A DNA stretch of 63,727 nucleotides, the filler included. It is 10 parts of 10 records of this genome, joined end to end, with 100 filler letters (N's around TTAATTAATTAA, not from the genome) between each part and the next. Parts side by side here need not be neighbours in the genome. Positions count along the whole stretch, not along the records: positions 56,691 to 60,373 come from SRR15195285_1066; positions 60,474 to 63,727 come from SRR15195285_1108; 8 more parts are not named here. One strand, written 5' to 3'. The position numbers and the translations under genes are program-made. Of the stretch, positions 56,692-63,727 are shown in pieces (the first letter of the stretch is position 1; each line of letters starts with the position of its first letter). Below the pieces are notes generated by a model, which saw nothing but the letters and a program-made list of their open reading frames with translations, was not told where the DNA came from and searched no databases.

Positions 56692-59588
56692 TGCGAGTGC
56701 CAGATGCCTTGCGATCCTCCGCAGCCTGAGGAGTGCCAGCGCCCTGCTGACTTCGATGAGTGCGCGTCGAGCCCGTGCCAGAACGGTGGCGCGTGCACTG
56801 GCCCGGAACCGGACATGTACGAGTGTACATGCGCTGGTGGCTGGCTTGGTGAGAACTGCGACATTCCGCCTCCGGTGCGTATACGCTCGTTCCGTATAGA
56901 TCGCGAACGCTGTGCTGGCGCTTCTCCCGATCGACTTTTGAAACGCGCCCCGTCGATGTGCTGTTTGGTGCAGTGCGATGACCCGACGAGCTTTCGCACG
57001 GTGGTTCACTGCAATACCGCGGGCAAGTGCCACGGACACGACGACGTATCTGTCGACTGCCTCGCCTGCCTTGACGGCTGCAGTGGTCGTCCTGGTAAGC
57101 CGGGGGTGAACAACTGGTGCTGGTACTACAACACAAACTTCCCGGCGGTGTGTGCGGACGTGGACCAAGCATCGGCAGGTGCGGAATGTACAGACGACTG
57201 CCTCGCCACAGGCTGGCGCGACGTGCCGCTGCAAATTGCTGATCCAGCTGCTGCAGCCAATTGCCCTCCACCGCCTCCTGCGCCGGCGCCTGGACCAGAT
57301 GAATCCGCAAGGCCGCCGCCACCAGCGCTGCCTCCAACAGGTCCATCTACAAGGCCACCCCCATCGCCGGTGCCGACGCGTCCGCCGTCCGCCACCTGTC
57401 CACAAGGTTGCATCAGAATGGACAGCAGTCCACCACCAGCACCGGGCGTGCAACCGATACCTCCGTCTCTAACCTTACCAGACGAGTCTTCGCAACCTTC
57501 AGCTGCAAGTCTCAGTAGCGCGCCGCCGCTGAACTATACCGGCCCAGTTAGCTACACAGCATTAGCAGAATGCGATGAGACCAAATCTGAGATTGGGATG
57601 AAGTGAGGCTATGCGCACGCCTTACTTCAATCTGTCATCTGTGCTACCTTCCTCCTAACTCGATTGGGTTTCGGGTGCGTGCATATTCGTCGCTTCTCGA
57701 CAGATTGGCGGTGCTTTTCGTCCTTTTCCTGGTCTACGATGTCGGCCTGATTCGGAGCGGCAACGCACCACTGCACGCATCAGCCCTGCTTGGTCCAGCG
57801 TTCATACTCGTTACACTTTGTCAGACGATCGCCATCACCATCGAGATGAACGATGACTTCACGCACTGGCCTGGCGGCCTCCAAGCCACGCTTGCTGATG
57901 TCTCGACGTGGTCTCTCTTCCTGGGACACCAAAATCTGGCAGATGGGTCGGAAGTGACGCAGGGGATGGGGGAAGGTTGTGGTCTAATTGGACCTGTTGC
58001 CAAGATACAGCTTGCGCTGGTGGCACCATTTCTCTGCCTGGCGTGCCTTATTGCTTATGCCTTGCTCTTTGGGCTCATTGGCTTGGCGGCCAAGCTCGCC
58101 GTGAAGGATGAGCTGCTGCGCATTGTAAAAAACGCCGCCACGATGATGGCTACCATCACGACACTCTTCTTGCTGCCGTTCCTGCGTGCTGTATCTGCTC
58201 CGCAGCACTGCGTGTCTGCTCACAATATTACCAGCGGCAGCACTATCAGCGTGATGAAGTCGGATCCCACCGTCGTGTGCTATGCGGAGGACGATCCTGA
58301 CTACGCTGGCTCAGTCTATGCCAGTGCAGTTGCGCTCATGGCTATTGGCAAGCTGCTACCACTTGCAATGATCCTGTTCGTGCTCTTGCCAAGTGATCTC
58401 CTTGGTGTGCTGAGCAACAAGTACGTCACTTCCACGTGTGTTGCTGGCTTATTGATACTGCCGATGCTGCAATTTGTCTTAATGATGTCTAAATTTTGCC
58501 TGCGCCCGCTGCGATCGCTCGCTCAGGTACCGTGGGTTCAGCCCAAGCAGGGACAGATTGCTACAAAAGGTTGCGAGCTGGGAGGTTGTCGTGCACCTTC
58601 GCAAGGTTACTTTTGTCTTCGGTGCAAATGAAGTGCTGAAGATCGGCGGCAGCGCGGCGTCAAACAGCGTGTCTGCCTTGGTCTACGTGCTTGCACTGGC
58701 GTTGCAGCTGCTCGCCAAACCGTACGAAGAGTCCTCCAGCAATCTGGTGCGCAACTGACCAACGATCTGCGAGGCGTTAATCGAGCAGGCTGACACTCTG
58801 TATGTCACCGGGCACTGGCGTGCAGGCGGAATCGCTTTCTCTGGCTGCAGTGCTAGGGATTTTGGTGCTCGCACCTTGGTTGGCCAAAGAGGGTGGTGGA
58901 TTGGAGGACTTTCTAGAGCTCACTGTGCTAGTATTGCTAGGGCTTGTGAGTACTCAACACCTCAGAGATCGGGTCCAACCTACAACTCTTCCTCTTCACT
59001 GTTTTCGACAGTTCGACCTGCAGCTCGCGCACTGTTGTGTTTTCGTTGTGCGGTGTGCCTGTGTCTCATTTGCTGGGCCGAGACCCATGCATCCTACTCG
59101 GCGGCGACCGACTCGGCGTTGCTGTGGATACGCAGGCGTTGCTTTCGATCGTCATTGCACAGGTCATTGTCCTCAAAACAACCCGCAAAGGCGCAGGATA
59201 CAAGCCGGTAGGTAGCGATCTCAACGAACAGTTGCAAGCGCGATGCCCGTTGAAGCTAGTGCTGGGATCAATCGAGACTGACGCAGCTCCGGACGTGGTC
59301 CTCGTTGCAGGCGTGCGTGCAGGGACGGTTGGACTCGACCGCCACACAGCTGGAGACGCTGCGCAAGCATCTCGAGATAGCACAGTATGGTGGTTCTGGC
59401 AAGACTGACGGCTCATTGCCACCACCGGGAACTTTCACCAACGACAATCCTGCTGCAGCAGCGGTGCGCCACGCATGCAGCCATGGCACAAACTCGACTA
59501 CTCACTGCCGCCACCAGGAACTTTCACCAACGACAATCTGGCTGCAGCAGCTATTGCTCCGATTGGATTTGTAGCAACTGCATTGTGA
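56692..59588 (+). CDS. EGF-like + Pro-rich stalk + multi-pass TM surface protein, 5'-truncated; same TM family as the giant protein; 3' exons uncertain
   Basis: Ca-binding EGF DECASSPCQNGGAC..YECTCAGGWLGENC; Pro-rich linker; TM motifs HWP, KSDPTVVC, WEVVVHLRK and LAKPYE. Introns 57603-57703, 58421-58527 and 58747-58825, with less certain ones after 58946. Confidence 0.7.
59412..59552 (+). repeat. Direct repeat of about 52 nt, period 89 nt (SLPPPGTFTNDNxAAAA twice)
   Basis: GGAACTTTCACCAACGACAATC is identical in both copies; flanking differences are mostly synonymous. Confidence 0.9.
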
Positions 59589-59749
59589 AATATCACTGCT
59601 GGGCGGCTGAATCTATTGGACGGTGTGCATTCTGACTTTCAGGGAGAGGGCGTACAGGCGGGGCTGACGAGTTGAATGAGGACAACGGCGAGCTTGTTTG
59701 CATGATGTGTGTTGTAATTTTTCGAGGGCTGATTTTGTTCACACTGTTG

Positions 59750-60373
59750 CTACCACCACCCGCGCAACAAGCTCGAGTCATGATGAACGTGGTGCGTGTT
59801 GCACATGGGCGTAAGCGGCCGCAAACTTCGTGCCGGAGAGCGCTGGCCTGGGGTGTAGTGGCCCAGTCTAGATCTATTGATAGATGGGCTGCTACCACTT
59901 GCACCAAGCATGGGCCTGCGTGGTAGTTGCATTGCCGATAGCTTTTGCCGCACCAATGTTTCAGCTTCAGAAACCAGCTCGGCTTGCTGCTGGCGTTGCC
60001 GCTGCAATTCCGGGGACCCATCGCGGGCATTATGCACATACCTCTCAACCGCGCGGCTCCGCTCTACAGCCGCAGAGTAGCGCTTGGGCGAACGGGTGTG
60101 CACATCACGCCGGGTGTGCATCGATACATCATCAAACGACGGCGTGGACATCACTCCGTGGCTGGTGTTCATCCACTGTAGACGCTGCAATATCAACGCT
60201 ATCCTAGTGAATTGTTCCCGGTTGCTGGCTGTGCTCGTGGACGCCGAAAGTTCGTCCCGTCAATTGACTGGGCACGCGCACCCAGTTGAGGCGCCTTGAC
60301 CTCGGTCCCCCGCCCCCCGCCCAAAGTGGCAGCAGCTCTCCCCTGCACGCTGCAGCCCCGCAGGGCCAGGAAA
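59750..60373 (-). CDS. Hypothetical protein C-terminal fragment
   Basis: 148-aa ORF with protein-like composition (ELQRQRQQQAELVSEAE) and a plausible GTGCGC..CTAG intron linking it to the contig edge; no family recognised. Confidence 0.4.
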
Positions 60374-60473
60374 NNNNNNNNNNNNNNNNNNNNNNNNNNN
60401 NNNNNNNNNNNNNNNNNTTAATTAATTAANNNNNNNNNNNNNNNNNNNNNNNNNNNNNNNNNNNNNNNNNNNN
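60374..60473. other. Artificial contig spacer
   Basis: N44-TTAATTAATTAA-N44. Confidence 0.99.
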
Positions 60474-60851
60474 TGCTGGGGCGCCCTGGCGGGTCTGTGC
60501 GCGTGCGATGGGGTCGCCGGCGCTCTCGCGACGTGGGGCGCCAACTGCGCTGGCACGGCGCCGGGTCTACTGCGAGAGCCGCGGCGCGAGCATACGTATA
60601 TAGGATGTGCGGCCCGCCACCACACCGATTGGATTGGGGCTAGCTGTCGACAGCAGTCTGAGGCACGACCTGACCGGCTTGCGCCTACGTTGGCCGCGGC
60701 GGCCCCCCACGCACGCTGCTGTGAGTGCTAAGCGAGGCTGCAGGGTGGTGGCAGACGCACCGGCAGGCCACTGGAGCGTCGCCTAGCTATATAGTGCAGC
60801 CGCTGCGACTGAACGCAGCTGGTGGTATATATAGTACTGCCTGTGGCAACG

Positions 60852-61802
60852 ATGCACAGGCCGCTGCCGCCCCGCCTGCTGCTGATACGGTCGAGCATCA
60901 CACGCAGGTCATCGTGCACGCTCGTACCTGGCCGTGCAGTGGCTAGTGGGGCTACCACAAGCGCCGCCGCAGACACACTGATACGCGCATGGAGCACCAA
61001 CCAGTGGATCGGTTCCCCTGACGACTACCCACAGGCTCCAGGCAGCATAGATGAGCTATATGCAGTTCATGACGCACTCGTCGCCCACCCGCTTGCCCAG
61101 CAGGCGCCTCTCAACGGCATTGCTGGATACAAAGTTGGCGCCGTTGGTGCCGAGGGCGAAGTCTGCATCTACGCTCCACTCTTCAGCGGCTTTCTCGTCC
61201 GCGCACCAGGCACGTCACTCTCTGCAGCAGCAATACAGATGCACCAGATCGAGCCTGAGCTGGCCGTCACCCTTGCTACCGGTCTACCCCCTCGCGAGGA
61301 CGGCGCAAAGCATAGTGCCGAACAGCTGTGTTCAGACGGTTCGATACAGTCTGTGTCGCTTTGCATTGAGTGCTGTGGGGCACGCGCGTCAGCGGAGGTG
61401 CTGGCCAAACAGAGTGCTCTCGGGCGATTTCAGGACTTGCTGGCCGCAGGTGGGCTCGTGATCGGCTCGGAGCTTCGACTACGAACAGATGGTACCGCGC
61501 AGATGCTTGACAGCAGGAGCGACCGCAGCTCGAAGGCTGTACGTTTGGCTGACTGCAAGACCACGCTGATAGTCAACGGCCAAGTAGCAGCAGAGGGCTC
61601 GACTTCACGATGCCCAGCTGGCGGACCGATCGAAGCAGTGGCATGGTTAGCAAACCACCTCAATAGCCGTGGAAAGATGCTGCAAGGTGGCGATGTGGTT
61701 GCCACCGGTCAAACGTGCATGACTCGTAACTTTACCGTCGGTGATGTGGTTGAAGCAAGGTTTGGTGCCCTCGGAAGTGTGGAGATGGTCGTGGACCCTT
61801 GA
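60852..61802 (+). CDS. 2-keto-4-pentenoate hydratase (MhpD)-like, FAH superfamily, with putative mitochondrial transit peptide
   Basis: GYKVGA, IEPELAV, GGPIEAVAWLANHL..GKMLQGGDVVATG and ARFGALGSV. The N-terminus is Arg/Ser-rich and lacks acidic residues. Confidence 0.87.
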   Translation: MHRPLPPRLLLIRSSITRRSSCTLVPGRAVASGATTSAAADTLIRAWSTNQWIGSPDDYPQAPGSIDELYAVHDALVAHPLAQQAPLNGIAGYKVGAVGAEGEVCIYAPLFSGFLVRAPGTSLSAAAIQMHQIEPELAVTLATGLPPREDGAKHSAEQLCSDGSIQSVSLCIECCGARASAEVLAKQSALGRFQDLLAAGGLVIGSELRLRTDGTAQMLDSRSDRSSKAVRLADCKTTLIVNGQVAAEGSTSRCPAGGPIEAVAWLANHLNSRGKMLQGGDVVATGQTCMTRNFTVGDVVEARFGALGSVEMVVDP

Positions 61803-62390
61803 TAACGAGCTGAAACCGTCGTACTGCGGAAGTGAGCGTGATTGTTGAAATGGTTCACTCGGCCCTCCTATCGTCCTATCCTGCTAGAACTTGGCTGAAT
61901 TGCGTATCCACAACACCCACGCCATGGCGTCAGGCATATCTAGCTGCTCTTGTACAGTGTTGGCCTGTCGCATTGGGGAGAAAGAAAGCCACTAGCACCA
62001 CGTCAAAACCGCAGCAATATGATGAGCACGTAGGTAGTTACCGCCAAACAAAACTGTATCAGGATATGAAATGACCAAGCGGGCGACCAAGGCGGGACGG
62101 GTTGCACGACGAGCTCAGCGCGCGCAACAACAAGCAGTACAACGCGTACTAGACGCGAGGTGGGGCGACTAGTGGCCAGCAATCGTCAACTCGTCTACGT
62201 GTAGGACACAAGTACGCCCGTGGCACAGTTGTTAGCCTAACAGCTATCCAATGTAATGTGGAATGATTTAGTTGCAATCATCCGACGCCCGTACGCCCGG
62301 ATTCGTTACCAAGCATGGCACAGGGCAGGGGATATCCTATGCCCTGTGCTGGAGCCGCTAGCTTCGAACAGAAATGACGTGAGCCTCTCC

Positions 62391-63498
62391 TCAAAGCTGT
62401 GCCACCATCGCGAGCACGCCAGCCACGGCACCTGCCGCTGACGCTAGTTTCAACGCATACTCCTCTTTCATCATCGGGCCACGGATGAGCATCAAGCGCT
62501 CGCGCGAGAAGTCCAGCTCTGACGTGTCCAGCGACAAGATGGCCACACCAACGATCTGCATGGAAGCCAGCCCGTTCTTGACGACCTCGCCCGGGGCGCC
62601 ACACATCATGTAGTAGCACGAGATGCCACAAAAGAACCCAGCGACCATGTCCACCGCTACAATACAATGGTAAAACTTTTCGTTAAACGCTGGAGAAAGG
62701 AATTGAGATCAGACGGTGGTCAGTGAAATTGATGACGGGGTGGTGATTACTATAGTGCAGCTGCAGCGAGATGAACAAGAAGACTTGCAGCGTGTTTACA
62801 GCGTGGAATCCCAAGGATGTTCTCTTGAATCCCAACTGCCACAGCTCCATCGCCGCAATGATTGGGAGTCCGATGTGTCCAGAGAAAAAGTAATCATTCT
62901 CCGTGTCGGGGAAGCCTGGCGAGCGCCAAATAATCCTCTCTGGCTTTGGCAGCTCCACCAGCAAAAAGCAGATGGCGCGTATTGAGTGGTTGCACAGCAT
63001 GGCCGCAATGACGTTGAGATCGTCCGTGCATAGGATGAGGTACATCGCGACGATGGCACAAGACCCCACGAAAAGAGTGTCGGCCATGAGCAGCGACGTC
63101 ACCAGCAGCGAGCGACCGTCCAGCGCAGCGTCCTCTTGCGCCTGGACATAGGCGTTGACTGACAGTGCCCAGTTGAACGGATGATCGACCATACTTTCAA
63201 CGTTGTCACGCATCCCACAGACAATGAACTCAACGTACGACAGCCCACCGAAAAAGAAGGCGAGCTGCAGCCCAAGTACAATGATGTTCGTGACCCTAAC
63301 ATGCGGCTTGAAACTGAGGAGAGTCAGCAACGACGGAGACGGCGCCGCCGGCGAGCAGGGCGACGGACTGCGCGAGGCTTTCGGTTTAGCTGCAGGCCGC
63401 CGCCGCCGGGTGCTACTACTAGTAGATCTAGTACCTCTTGCTGCCCTCTCCTGCATCCTGCCCGCTTCAACTGCCTGGGACTGGGGTCCACCACTCAC
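62391..63498 (-). CDS. Sphingomyelin/IPC synthase-like (PAP2-superfamily) membrane enzyme; 2 exons
   Basis: DYFFSGH motif. Splicing out 62750-62657 creates LHYTVDM, the HYxxD catalytic motif. Several TM helices. Confidence 0.82.
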
Positions 63499-63727
63499 CT
63501 ACATCCGCAGCTGCGGAGCCTCTGGAACGTTCGTTGAAGTTCCGTCGCGAGCTGCGCTGTGCCGGCGCGCGCGCGCGTGCATGAACGCGCGCGTTCGCGT
63601 CGCCGGCGCGTGTAGTATACTAGTATATATAATGCGCATACCGTATATGAGGTATCGTATCGATATCTGTCGCGAAAATCCGCGTGCGCAGACATGCCAT
63701 TTTTATTCATTATGAATCCGTGTGTCG

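Noticed and set aside
59412-59552. CRISPR-like repeat-spacer unit
   Set aside because: Only two imperfect copies, with a synonymous-substitution coding signature, in a eukaryotic gene and with no cas genes.
7045-60473. Regularly recurring TTAATTAATTAA flanked by Ns as a biological repeat or array
   Set aside because: Exact 100-nt synthetic linker with six-frame stops; an assembly concatenation device.
801-62750. Introner-like repeated introns
   Set aside because: The roughly 35 modelled introns share only splice signals; I saw no sequence similarity or terminal inverted repeats between them.
408-63498. Non-standard genetic code or non-canonical splice sites explaining broken ORFs
   Set aside because: Every frame break in the conserved genes resolves with a GT-AG intron, and TAA, TAG and TGA all occur as terminal stops.

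Overview
This is not one locus. It is ten contigs (about 3-10 kb each) of a GC-rich, gene-dense microbial eukaryote genome, joined by nine artificial 100-nt spacers (N44-TTAATTAATTAA-N44), so adjacency across spacers has no meaning. The code is standard and the introns are GT-AG, about 60-190 nt, often with GTGCGY/GTGAGY donors; most short ORFs in the track are exon fragments or antisense shadows. I modelled about 20 protein-coding genes by hand: an OCRL/INPP5B-like inositol 5-phosphatase with extra PH, WD40 and PDZ domains; a secreted PAN/WSC plus papain-fold protein with all three catalytic residues replaced; a dual-specificity phosphatase; a multi-MATH/FN3 protein; four secreted glycoside-hydrolase-like proteins; a sulfatase fragment; an F-box/ankyrin protein; a degenerate TTM1/2-like uridine kinase-CYTH protein; an MFS transporter; a PhyH dioxygenase; two surface proteins sharing a multi-TM C-terminal domain (one is >3300 aa with filamin repeats and a SEA-like GSVV site); an MhpD-like hydratase; an SMS/PAP2-like enzyme; and several coiled-coil proteins. 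I saw no rRNA, tRNA, CRISPR array or transposase. Best leads: (1) an unrecognised ~55-aa helical module inserted twice inside catalytic folds of the OCRL-like protein; (2) a candidate 17-nt micro-intron; (3) the papain-fold pseudo-protease; (4) recurrent purine-pyrimidine-alternating, palindrome-rich 5' flanks; (5) a hairpin-rich non-coding region at 45.6-46.2 kb. All family calls come from motif recognition by eye, not from database searches. I cannot claim a proven new biological system.
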